Assembly: GCA_020536535.1 (NCBI GenBank)
Contig: JAHLWZ010000843.1
Coordinates: 1 to 64,000, forward strand
Length of the DNA: 64,000 bases
Direction of reading: 5' to 3'
From: Pelomyxa schiedti
Lineage: Eukaryota; Protista; Evosea
Program-made: the position numbers and the translations under genes
Shown: in pieces, positions 52,136-64,000 of the stretch
Numbering within the stretch: position 1 is the first letter of the stretch
Layout: the number at the start of each line of letters is the position of its first letter
Notes under the pieces: generated by a model
What the model was told of the DNA's origin: nothing
Seen by the model: only the letters and a program-made list of their open reading frames with translations
The model's database searches: none

Positions 52136-55100
52136 TCAATTCCGGAATGCGTGCACCTCGTGTTGTACGATCATGGGATCGAACCCTTGTGTTGGAATGT
52201 AAGAACCAAACACAGGGGTAGAAGGAATAAGTTGTACCTGTGGTGTGCCAAGGAGGTGTGAAATAAACTCTAATAGAGCAAAGGGTTGTTGCGAGTCACC
52301 CCGCTTGTTCTCGAATTTTACCCAAACATCACCTGGTTGGTGTGAGTTTATATGGCGAGCTAGGTTATTGTAATCAGGAATTTACCTTGTGTCAGGAGTG
52401 TCGTGAGAAGTTTTCCATCTTTCAGGCTTATTAGTACCGCAGGAATTTCTACTCTTGCGGAATTCATGTCCTGTGGTGAGAATTCCATAAACGCAAAGTC
52501 TAATATTTATCGAGACACACTACAGCACTAGTCATGGTGAACAATTCTGGTGAATCAACTTGATCGTACACGATGAGTGCTGTAGCACCTGACTGTTGCA
52601 CATTAAGTGCTTTCTCAACAAAAGAGCAGCCTCCTCTTTGAACAATGGCAGCACTCTCTGTCGATTTCACATTAAGGAAGGAATGTGGAAAAGGAGTTAC
52701 TTGAAAAGCTTATGGGCAAACGACAGGCATCAATCGGTTGGCTGCATAAGGTGGAATTATTGTAATAAGTATTAATATAGTCCATACGAAATAGAAAGAA
52801 GACTGCTGTAGGTAGTGTTTCTCAAATCCTGCCCTAGTTTGCGTTAATTAGAGGAAATAGAGTGAATTATCTACCAAACGTGGCTGAGGCAGCGTTTACA
52901 GACAGGTTATGGGTCCCAGTTGATGCCCATAGTCGCAAAGTAAGTGGTTCTTATTTGTGTTAACAACAGTTGCAGTTGAAAAAAAAAAAACCACACCAAC
53001 AGGCTGTGGATTTCCAATTTGCTTGCCCGACAACTGTCCGGCCGCAAGCTGGAACGCAGGACAGGAAAAGTGAAAGAGAGGGTCGTGACTAATAGTGCGA
53101 GAGCTCAACTCTATAAGACAAAAATGAACACTTAACATCAGGAGTAACCATACTGCTTGAAGAGTTGCCGACATGGAATGCACTGAGAGGGAATGGGTGG
53201 GCTTGAGTGGAAAAAACGTATAAATTATGAGGGAATAGGGTGGCTGCACAGAGTACTGACTCATTGCACACACTGGAGTAAGCACTGTCAAATAGCATAT
53301 ATAGGTACTTTAACGTTTCACTGCTCTTCATAAGAAAATCTTGAGGGACGTAGGGAAATTAACCTAAAGAAATATGAATCAAGCCTGTCATCATGCCTCT
53401 TTGATCTCATATCAGCAAGTGATGCAAAGCCACATGGGACTCGTGCAGTTTTTTCAAAATGTTCCAGTAAAGCTTTTGCTGACTAAAATCACAAAGATAA
53501 GGATGGGCCTACAGTATGCGCAAGGTACCAAAATTAATGAAGGGTCCCCTGTTGCTTCAAAAAGTGTGAACGCACTTTCAATAAATTCAGGTCGTAGTGT
53601 ATACCTGTTAGACAATTAGTTGAAAGCACGTTCCAGAATAATTACCCAGGATCAACAAGAAACAATTCATTATTTCGTACAGTGAACCTTTCAGGTGGAA
53701 ATCTACGTAAATTGCTGGTAAGTGTTCGTTTCTGGGTGAAAAGAGGAAGAACCCATGGTGGGCTGTTACGGCACTATGGAAGTGGTGCATTTCCTCGGCC
53801 TGATGAAGGTGCCCAACAAGAACCTGTGTTGTACAAAGTAAGAAAAACGAGTAGAATAGGTGACTGTATACCTGCAGAGCAGGCCAGAACATCTGCATGT
53901 TAGTGAAGACATCTGATACTACAGACCCTACAAAAAAGAGTGGGCCATCACAACCGATAATTATTCCATACCACTGGCCATGTGAACTGAATAATAAAGT
54001 GCTCCTTTCCGAAGGAATGTATTGACTGCATCATAAGCCTGGTTTTTTGGTTTTGTTTCGAGTCCAAATTGGTGAAAAGGAAGAGTACTGTCCAAAACAT
54101 GTCAAGATACTTGTAATCGCCAAATGCAATATAACATTTGATTAAGTATTCATAAAATGAGTCCATGCCTTTTCTTAGGTAAGATACAACAAGATAACAT
54201 AAACAAGAAACCTGGTCCAATACTGCTTGTCACACTGTAGAGAAAGATTTCATTTAATTTGTAAATCATTGTATTTGATTTGACTTACTCGCCCCATTTG
54301 CCACTGAATATGTTAATTGTTGTTCCCAATAGGTCAAGTTTGGATCGCCGCGTCCACATTGCAGATAATGATTTGTCAGCAACAGCCTATCATTACTGTT
54401 AAAGCAGATGGTAAAAGTAAAGAGGGGTGGAAATTGCGTACCCTAAAGGTGGGATTATCAGTCAACGCTGATAAAAGTCCAAACTCCAATAAGAGAGTGC
54501 CAGCTTCTGCTGTAGTCTTAAGACAATGTAAGAGGTATTAGGAAAGAATTTTAAGTTATAACCGTGACAGTTTCAGCTGTGTTCTCACTGTTACCATACG
54601 GTATGCCAGTGTGCAAATTTACCTTGTCTCTTTAAGGGTGTTCAAAGAGATTTTTAAAAGTTCTTTGATACTTTAGGGTAGGGGATGCCTGTTGTGGTAT
54701 TAAATGCAGGTAATAACCTTGTGCCCAGGTCTAAGAGCAGGTCAGGAGGATATAGGAAATGAGCATCTATCACCATTGGCTAGAATTAAAAACTCGTTCT
54801 TGTGCGGCTCAGGAAATTCGCTTGAATGCAGAGTTGCTTGAGCATGATTGCTCAGAAGTCCACCTTCAAAACTGAGAACTAAACATTGACAAAGGGGCAA
54901 AAACCAAGTACGCGAATGGTTGCTTCAAAAACGGAGACAACCACGTCATTATCAAAAGAAACTGTTGTTGAAACTAAGTTGAGAGCTCTGTAGTACTCTG
55001 ACCAATTTCCCTAGAGATATTGAGAAGATCCAAGAGAAATCCAATGTACTAACCATCACAGCAAGAGTGTCCATTCCATCGATGAGAGTCAAAGAATACC

Positions 55101-55738
55101 TGAAGAGAGCATTGGTGAAATTGTAGGATGCATGCCACATAAGCAATACCTGCCAAGTATATCATCAAGAGTTCCCCTCGTTTTTTCCGTTCTCCCAATA
55201 CAAGCAAGGGGGCATAACTCATCTGCCGGGAAGGCGTGCAACATGTACGAGTCCCACCCATGTATGTACAATGATCGCACTCTCTCTCTGGAGAGAAAGG
55301 GAACCGTTATTGCCGCCAAACTCATGAACCAAGGAACGATTACCGTAAACTCCCCAATGAAGGTGCATCGAACAACTCTCCCAGCCGACGCTCTCTGCTA
55401 TTCTCCGTCAAGTTGCGAAATGGCAGGTAGTAGCACTCTGCGTCGCCCGCGCACTTTTGGCCGTCCCACAACCAATCGCCAACAGCGCGCTCCAGGCCAC
55501 CTTCTTCCTCAACAAGAGCAGATCCCAGATCGAACTGCACTTCCGCGTCGGTTTCAATCGCGCGCGCTCGGCCAGGAAGGAAACATGTGAACAGCAACGT
55601 GAACAGAAGAAATGAGTACGGTGCAGCGACGACGGCCGGAGATGCGATTTTATTTCTACATCTCAGCACTGCGGCATCGTTCTTGCCGTTGCCGTGTCCG
55701 GTCATCACACAGGAAATTGTTCGCTGAAAATGACTCAT
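52136..55738 (-). CDS. GH47 alpha-1,2-mannosidase-like protein with PA domain (EDEM3-like)
   Basis: [89 protein letters not shown]; PA domain [21 protein letters not shown]. Both ends approximate. Confidence 0.92.
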
Positions 55739-55934
55739 GAGACTCAGGTTTTTTTGAGTGATTCCCCTCTGACAGGAGCTGATTGCCTACAAATTCAGTA
55801 AACACACACTGGGAGAGGACACCGGGGAGTCTGCAGTCTTTGGCAGTCGGGCGGGGAATGAACGAATCTGCACCATTTAAATCAATTGACACAACCAAAA
55901 TAAATTTGGCCGGTGCGAGATCAATACGGACGAG

Positions 55935-57481
55935 ATGAGGAGGCGCGGCTCACGCAGGAACGACGACCCGGCGTACGGCGATGAAGACGACGGTGGCGAG
56001 ACCTACGAGGAAGACGATGATGGGAGGCGCGAGGGCGCAGACGACGATGACGACGAGGACGAGGAGGACGACGAGCCCCCGCCGCCCTCCAAGAGGCGCG
56101 CACCAGTGAGGTGTAACACCACCCATAATTGCTTTTTTTGTATGACTGCTTGTTGTTACTTTGCTTCTACTTTTTTTTTTAAAAAAAACAAATTTATGTA
56201 GAGTTGTTCCCATGTTTTTTGGTTTTTTTTTTTTTTTTTGTTTTGGTGGATAGAATATGTACACGTTTCTTAAATATACATACAGCACACCGAGAAAGTC
56301 AAAGGTCAAAGGTGAACCTACTGCATGTGGTCAATTGTGCACCCTAGTGAATGATAGACTTAAGGGCCTCGCCCAGAAAGTGTGTGCAGCATTACAAAAG
56401 CAACTACCCGTTGGTTCCACCCGCAGCATATTTGATATTCAATTCGTTTTACACACTGGAATAGAAGGTACTGTACCCTGTTTATGCTATTTCACTAATT
56501 GCCTTCACAGAACTGGAGACACAACACTTCCCTCTCTCAATCACTGTTTCACTTGAGCAGGGGTCATCTGATGTAACGCGGGGACCTGTCCCACTCATAA
56601 CAGGGAGCAAACCTACCTTAGCGGGGCTCCTGAAAAGTGTATGCTTTCTCTGCAGTTTTAGTGACTGTTACTTACTTGATGTTTGACCTTAGACCACTGT
56701 TGGTGACACAAAAGCACGTGCATTTATCTTCAAGGTCATTGCTGAGTGGTTCTACAAGTGTTGGGAAAGGGTACTCCAAAACTACGTAAATAAGTAAAAG
56801 TACACTAATAGTTCTTATGTTACTAGATTGCAGCTAATGAGAAGCTAGGCGTATCTCCTGGTCGCACATTTGTTGCTCTAATGAAGACAACTCCACCCGT
56901 GCCTGGGGGGTTGCATTTTGATCTGAGACTAGGAGAGTGGGTCGGGGATGGTGTATCCGTATTTGCTGGTTTTTTCCGCACCGCAGTCCGTGAGAAACTC
57001 TAATTCCCTCATGTAGACGAACCACTTGTGACGTACCCCTCTACTTCCACCAGTCCTCCCCCTGCACCCGAGGAACCCAAAGTCAATACGACACAGGCAA
57101 CCGGCCAGAAAGCTCCAGAAAGCCCTAAACCGGTACAAGAACCCCCAGCAGCTACCCCAACACTGGCCAAGGTACCGAATTCCTCAAGTAGTCTATCAAA
57201 AGTCTAATATCTGGCAGCCAGTTTTGTGTGCCCAAGGACACCTCATTGTACCAATGAGCAAACCGGCATTGATAGCCGAGTCCAAGTCTTACACAGAGGG
57301 ATACCAATGTGTAGCGTGCAACACCAAATCAGAGCTTAAGGATGCTGAAATTCTGGGTCACTGTGCCACTTGTTCTCATGATTTGTGCCCAAAGTGCTAT
57401 GCAGAGAAAAAAGTGCGTTGCATCCTATTTACTCCTTTTTGCTTTCTCAATTTCGTTTGTTTGGTACAACAGAAATCATAA
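55935..57481 (+). CDS. Hypothetical protein: acidic N-terminus and C-terminal Cys/His zinc finger (ZZ/C1-like)
   Basis: Exons phase through GT-AG introns; C-terminal CAQGH..YQCVACN..HCATCSHDLCPKCY. Confidence 0.7.
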
Positions 57482-57661
57482 TTCTACCATTGAAATTCGA
57501 CATTGTGCCCTTGGATTGTACAGGATCCTAATTTAACCTACTTACTGGTATTCTGATACCAATGTTCCTGATGTAAGGGAAAGAGAAACAGGGAAAAAAA
57601 ATAGTGACTGAACTTCACTCAACTATCAACATATCAAATGTTGGCGACTTTTTTTTGGTGT

Positions 57662-60600
57662 TCAGGAGGACTTTGTTTGTTTTTGTTTTGATTTTTTGGT
57701 TTTTTTCTTTGAGGGTTGTTGCTTGGCCTGTGGTTTTGGTTTGCCTTTTGGTTTTTTTGTGTTTGCCTCAGGTTTTACAGTCTTTTGTGCTTCTGGTTTG
57801 GCCTTTGGTGTTCCCTCCTTTTTGGTCTTGTTGCTTTGAGGTTCTGGTTTTTTGGGGTTTTGTTTGGCTGTTTTTTTCTTTTGTGCCTTTGTCTTTTTTG
57901 GCTTTGCTTGGGGTGCTGTGGTACTGTTAATAGCAGGGTTTTTCGTAGATACCGAGGGCGGAGGAGAGGGCATGGAGGGGGTAGCGGCTGGGGCCGCTTC
58001 TTGACTTTCAACTGTGGTGGATTCCGGCTTTGGTTTGGGGGGGGGCAGCACTTGTCCCTGACAAGCGGGGGATTTTGGGCTTTGGTTGGGTTACAATGCT
58101 GGGTGTGAACTGTGAGTAGTAATCTCGAGATTGGGGTTTGCTGAGTTGAGGAGCCTGACTCTTTGGTATTTTGTGTTTGAAAATCGTCTTGGGCACCTTC
58201 GGCTTCAGGTTCTTGGCTTTTTTCAATGTTGGCTGGGGGTTTTGGGCAGGGGAATCATCTTCCGTAGGAGATGTTTCACTAACTGTGTTGTTGTTGGTGT
58301 CACTTGTATCTCCTTCTGTTGGGGCTGTTACTTGTGTCCGTGATGCTTCCTGTGGGGTCTTGGGTTTTTTTTGAGTGGCTTTTTTTGGGACAGTGGCTTT
58401 TGTTTTAGCTTTGCCTTTTGTGGTCACAGTTTGTTTCGTTTCTGTTTCCATCGGAGCCGTCTCATTTGTGGTAGTAGTCTGTTCTTGTTCTGAGTTTTCT
58501 ACACTGCTGGCAATTTCTTGGCTGATGGGACTTTCTTCTGTCTCACCAGTTTTTTTCGTTGAAGTCGTCTCAGCAGTGCTAGACGATTCGTCATCATTGG
58601 AAATTTCTTTGGTACTGTGAATTTCGCTGGGGGCAGTTTCTTGACTATTGGAGGTGGAAACTGGTTTTGTCTCTATCGGTTGACTGATACTCGGCTGAGC
58701 TCGCCTACTCTCAATTGCAGTGAATCTTGCAGTTTTGCCAGTCTGTAAATAGCGGTCTTTGGCTCCCTTAACCATTTTGTCAACAATTGTAGCAGGTGGC
58801 GTGGTGGCTGCTGGGGGTTGTCGTGGACTGGATGTAATGGAAGGAACGTGTTTTTCTCCTCTAAGCAGACGTAAGAAACGCTCTGAGAGAATGTAAGGAC
58901 TTTACCTGGCGTTACCGAAATCCGCTTCTGTCAACTGACGAGGTGGTAATTCGCATCCATCAGGCAGAAAAGAAGGAAACAGCTTCCCTTTGACAAACAC
59001 AGGATTCGAAAAATAGGACGCAACAGACGCTGCTACTATGTCTTTAAAATGGCCGAATCCAGGGTACGTTGTGCCTGGTGTGAGAGGCGTGCCTTTCAGG
59101 AGTGGATCGAAGTAGGGCTGTATGGAGCCGACCATTTGATGTACTTCAAACTCAAGAACAGGTGATACAGTTCCTTTTGTTGGGCTCCCTTTCCCAGACT
59201 TGTACAGGGTAATTGCTGTTGTTGCAATGGGATGTGCCTTGTGAATGTACAATACATCATTTCCGTATCGCCGATTTCTATAACTCTCCTCTGGAGTAAG
59301 TTGGTCCTCATGCATCTTAAGTGTCTGGACAAGTCGTTTCTCATCAATAAACGGAAGGAGGACAACTCCTGCCCATGCTTGCTTTTTACCGTTTCTATCA
59401 ACCGCGAAGTCCAGAGGATAGAAGTCGATAATTGGTGACTTTGGATCACTCATTAGGTTGGCAAAGCATTGAGGAAGGCAGTGCCCGCTAGCGGCTGGAA
59501 GAACACCCATTAATTGCTCAAAGGGGCGGAAGGGCTCTCCCAGATCAAAGAACGGGGAAAAGTTCTCGCGATCCACAAATTTCGATATCTCAGCAGCAAA
59601 TGGACTGTAATGATAAGGGTAGAACCACTGGAAGTTGTTAGATGAGAAAACACAGATAGAGGAAAAAACCGTCCAAGAGCAACAGCCCTGATAATAGTAC
59701 TTCAGAACCCAACAGAGACCAGTTACGTAGGAACTGCATAGCTCAGTAAAAAATCCCTTGTCATCCATTTTCTTATTGAACTTAATACCGTAATAACGCT
59801 CACGCCAACCAGCTGTTCCCAGCTGAATCTTGTCTTCTTCTGGGGGTTCTGAGGAGATAGAAGATGGTATATAGCCAGGAGGTTGGCTAAATCGGAATGG
59901 TGTTGCACTGCTGCCTGCCGGAGCAATAGTATTGGGTGAGGGTGCTGGGGTCACTGGCGGCTGGGGGGCTGTGGGGCGGATGGTCTGAGAGACCTGGCTG
60001 GAATGCAAGGTTGCATGCCTGGCGAGTGGAGCACAGAGGCTCAGTGGGGCTTTGGCCAAAAGACTGTTCTTCAGAAGTTCGGCAGCCCCAAAATTGGAAG
60101 AGTCAAGTTGAACGCTTGCAATGACTGGAGTGTTTGGTACTGGGAGAGGGGCATTTTGTATCGGTTGTTGTTTAGATGGCGGTGCGGATTGTGGAGGAGG
60201 CACGTTGTGAATCTGTGGAGGCGTAGGTCCATTGTGAAGCTGTGGAGGCATATTGTGAGGCTGTCGAGCTGGTTGGCGAGAGAACCTAGACAACCCATAC
60301 GGGCCCCTGGAATTATTGAAGCGGCTCTCCCTTTTATTCCGTTCTATCAAAAGATTTTCTTCGTGGTGACTCACTTCCTCAATGAAACACATAGCATTTG
60401 GTATTATGACTGTTCCACTGTCAGTGATATAGCTACCCATCTGTGGTAGCTTTTTTTTGTATATGTCTATAAGCAAGTCAAGGGCCCCATTTTCAATTTC
60501 AAGTGTTGGGGAGTGTGGAAGGAAGTCATTGCCAACCAGGAAACACACAAACACCCAGTCGTCAATTAACCGCTCAAAGTCAAGAGCGAAGTTTGCTTGT

Positions 60601-61610
60601 ATGTCTCCCAATGTATTTTCAAGGTATTCACGAAGGATGTTAATGTGGAGGAATTGAAAGGGCTTTTTCTTGCATCCTTGTTCTGGGTTTTTTGTTGGAC
60701 ATTGTGCTGAATAGTGTCCGCGCTCTCCGCACAGGAAGCATCGTGGACCAGTCCTATCCGGTACAACTTCTCTCACTAAACTGAAATGTGGCTCATGAGT
60801 AGCAAGAGAGAGCATAATCAGGTCAGCATCCAAGCCGTACATGCAATGCCTCATATTTGGGGGGTATCCTGGTTTATTCTTTTGCTTCCGAATGTAGTCC
60901 ACAATTTTATGCTCTCCTTCCCCAGGCACACTAGAATCACTCAAAATCACTTTTATACCTTTCCACCCAGGATCACTAGAGAGATGCTGGTTGATGTAAA
61001 AGCGTAATGCTTGGGACAACTTGTCCATAAACGGTGTGCCTGGAGTGATAACATTACTATCCCAGGATTTTTTAACGGGATTAACGGGTTGCCCGTCAGC
61101 AGCCAATTTGTTACTGTAAAGGGAGATAAGGATTTCCTTAAAACAAAAAAGGAGAAGGGAGGGTAGAAAAAACTGATAGCAATGAAGGAAGAAGAAGAAG
61201 AACTAAGAGGGTAACTGTGATTACTTTATGGCCTCTTGCTGGGAAACTTTTTCAGCAGCATCTCTAGCTGCTTTAAATCGACGTGATCGCTGCTGGTTGA
61301 TCTTTGCGCGCGGAGCCACGCCGTCAATAGCCAGGTACAGGAGCCTCCTCGGCCTCACGATAGAAAACAGCCTGTCAATGTACGTAAACACGGCGGAAAG
61401 CATTTCCTCCTCAGTCGCGGGCGCCGGCCCTTGTTCAGGGTGGCAGCACGGGTGCACGATGCCGTTCATGTCCAAGTATAAGTTGTCAAACTCGAGGCCG
61501 TTTGGGTTCAGATCTGCCGTGTTGACGCCTGGCGCATCGTTCTCTACGGCCGATACTATGCACTTGGGGAACTTCTTGGACAACCAACGGAAGAACTGCG
61601 GTATTCCCAT
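57662..61610 (-). CDS. XRN2: 5'-3' exoribonuclease 2 (Rat1) with zinc knuckle and long Thr/Glu/Lys-rich tail; probable 1-nt indel at 58037-58045
   Basis: [101 protein letters not shown]. Confidence 0.96.
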
Positions 61611-61918
61611 CTCTCACCGGTGTTCAAGATCTGGCGTCGTAGACGACACCTCCCACTACACCTTTTTTCTTTTTTTTTTTGTGTTTTGTTCGTTTCGTAT
61701 CATAATCCCTAGTTAATAGATCCCTGCAACTGTGAGCGATCATAGGAATGGACCCAGGAGGAATAGGCACTTCCTTAATAGCCCTCTGGTGAGGCGGACA
61801 CAAATTGGTGCTCAGGCTGGGAGGCCAAGTTGCTTGTAAGATTTCCTTTTCCAATCATTTTCGTGGATTATCGATAAGGGTCCAACAGGTAAAAGGACAC
61901 AAACGAAAAAATTTCGAG

Positions 61919-64000
61919 ATGAGCAACGCGGTAACAGACGCGGATCTTAGGCAGATCTTCGAGGCCAAATGCGTTGTAGGTGTTTTGTTGTAAACTCGTC
62001 GGTTTTCTCTCATTCTCTCACTCACTTTTTTTTTCCCCCTCCCTCTACGCTTGTTGTCATCATCACAGGACTCCCATGTTGTCTCGCAACCGCAAAGGGC
62101 TGTTAGATTCGTGCAGCAGGTTAGACAAGCCACTGGCACGTCAAAAGCGCTTTGTCTGAGGACCGCGGGGCTTGGCCCTGCTTCGGCCACTGCTGTGGCT
62201 AATGTACTGAGGTTTAATGATTTCTACACCTCGCTGGATATGTCTGGAAACAGGTGCCTTTAATTTCACTGATTTCACTCATTCGTGTTGTGGAGCATTT
62301 TATTTTGCCTAGGAGGCCCTTACTTTCAACAGAATTGGAGACGCTGGAGCAGCTCACTTGGGGAGCATGTTGCGAACGAACAACACTTTGACCAGCTTGG
62401 ATATAAGAGGGAATGACATCGGCGTGCATGTAATACTCTCGCTTTCCTACGAGAATATAGTTACAGATGTAGGGAATTGATGCCCTCTTTGCGGCCATCG
62501 GATGCCAAAATAGGACACTGACTCAACTTGATTTATCTGCAATTAATGGTGTTCGCAATCACGTTGGTGTTAAAGCTGCTGTTGGTATTGCAGATGCATT
62601 GAAAGAAAATTCTGTATTGAACCGTATATGCCTGCGGGATACTGGTTTAGGCATAGAGGGAGTCAAGAAACTTTCAGAGGGAGGTGGCATTAGATCATGT
62701 GTTTCCCTTGATCTTTCTCGGAACAATATACAAACTGATGGATGTTCAGAATTAATGAGAGTTCTGCGTGGTTCTACTTCCATCGAGACATTGTTCATCT
62801 CACATAATGGGATTGGTGATGGAGGTGCTGCAGCAGTTGCACACTTTTTCCGAACAGTGAACTCTCTGATTCTACTGGACTTGTCATATAACAACATTGG
62901 GAACACTGGAATCAAGCATCTCTCTAATGCATTCAATCACCACTTAACCAAAGGAGGGCGGTTTCCGCTCAGAGTACTGTCACTAGCAGGAAATCCTATA
63001 TCCTCAGATTCACTCAGAATACTTTTGAGTCCACTTTCTGGGAGTCCATACTCCAGCCCCCAGCTAACACCAACAGAACCTCCTAAGCCAATTGAAGTGC
63101 CAATTGGGACACCCGAACGTCCCAAAAGGCAATCACCAGAGGGTGTACAACCTCTAACCCTCCCATCATCCCCCCGTCACTCTTCCGCACAGTCACAATC
63201 TCTTTCCACCTCTCCCCGTGCTTCACCACAGCTCTCACCACTTCTCCTACCATCAGATTCACGATCACACGTAAGACCAGCCAGTCCAAGGCAGTCTACA
63301 GCGAAACAAGACTCAAACGTTGTTCACACGACTTCGTGCCAGTCTTCACCCACTCTTTTACCGTCTCAGTGGGGACGGCTAAGCACAAGGCCTCGACACT
63401 CCGCCATTGACCAGAATCCTTCAAGTGCGTCTAGTGGTACAAACTCACCCTTTTTACCCCCAATAATTACGAAAGCCTGCATTCACTTTGGCGATTCACC
63501 AACAAACTTAACTTCAACCAGTGCCCCGCATTCAGCAAATTACTCACAACGTGTAGTGCAATTCAAGCAGCTTCCGAAAACAACATTACGACGCCCCAGA
63601 AATCGGCTTGGAAACTCCACATCCGTATCACAACCTGTATCCAGATTGTCATATAATGTAGATAGGCTCTGGCAGAATACCCATTTGTCATTTTCAACAC
63701 CACCAACAGCAAACCCATCTCCTCAGCGATCCCGAGCCACATCACCCCCCCTTTCTTTTCATCTTCCTCCTATATCCAACCTTAATAACGGCCTTGTATG
63801 TACCCAAAAATGCCGAATAGAAGTGTTGGACTTGAGTTGCTGTGAACTTGACTCATTCAGTGGGTCAGTACTTGCATCCTTTATAGAATTGGCCCCAGCA
63901 CTCAAGAAGTTAGTTCTAAAAGAGAACCGATTAGGTAAGATATTTCACCAACATCACAGGGATTAACTCAGCTCAGAGGATGTTGGCACTGCTGAAATCA
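61919..64000 (+). CDS. RNI-like leucine-rich repeat protein with Ser/Pro-rich insert, truncated by the window end
   Basis: Repeats LDMSGN, LDIRGNDIG, LDLSRNNIQTDG, LFISHNGIGDGG, LDLSYNNIGNTG, LVLKENRLG. Confidence 0.9.

Noticed and set aside
58037-58045. Frame change in the XRN2 tail suggesting programmed frameshifting or editing
   Set aside because: It falls in a 9-nt homopolymer in a low-complexity tail; an assembly indel is the simpler explanation (check reads).

Overview
Gene-dense, intron-rich eukaryotic nuclear DNA: standard genetic code, many 35-70 nt GT-AG introns, a few GC-AG introns and GC/CpG-rich first exons. Gene content and style suggest an amoebozoan protist, possibly Pelomyxa-like; that assignment is inference and unverified. 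I spliced about 22 genes by eye. Housekeeping genes are eIF2-gamma, RPB2, XRN2, HEATR6, TTC14, an EDEM-type GH47, an OTUD6-like deubiquitinase, an FGD-like RhoGEF, a FERM protein, an NCS-type EF-hand protein and an NRF-6-like acyltransferase. The most interesting part is 14.6-29.3 kb. It holds three NTPase copies with altered catalytic residues, each fused to a ubiquitin-ligase-type module: an eEF1A-like protein (His->Cys) with a box-like tail, a B-box/coiled-coil pseudo-DEAD helicase, and RCC1-F-box-Arf lacking Gln71. An OTU deubiquitinase lies among them, and next to them is a single-chain RNA-repair enzyme (Rnl1-type ligase + nucleotidyltransferase + HAD phosphatase + 2H phosphodiesterase, no visible kinase). 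A VIT-vWA-TPR-DUF2135 protein carries an inserted Ubl + E2-like cassette. No rRNA, tRNA, CRISPR array or transposase was recognised. CDS coordinates are gene spans including introns; all domain calls come from motif recognition, not database searches.
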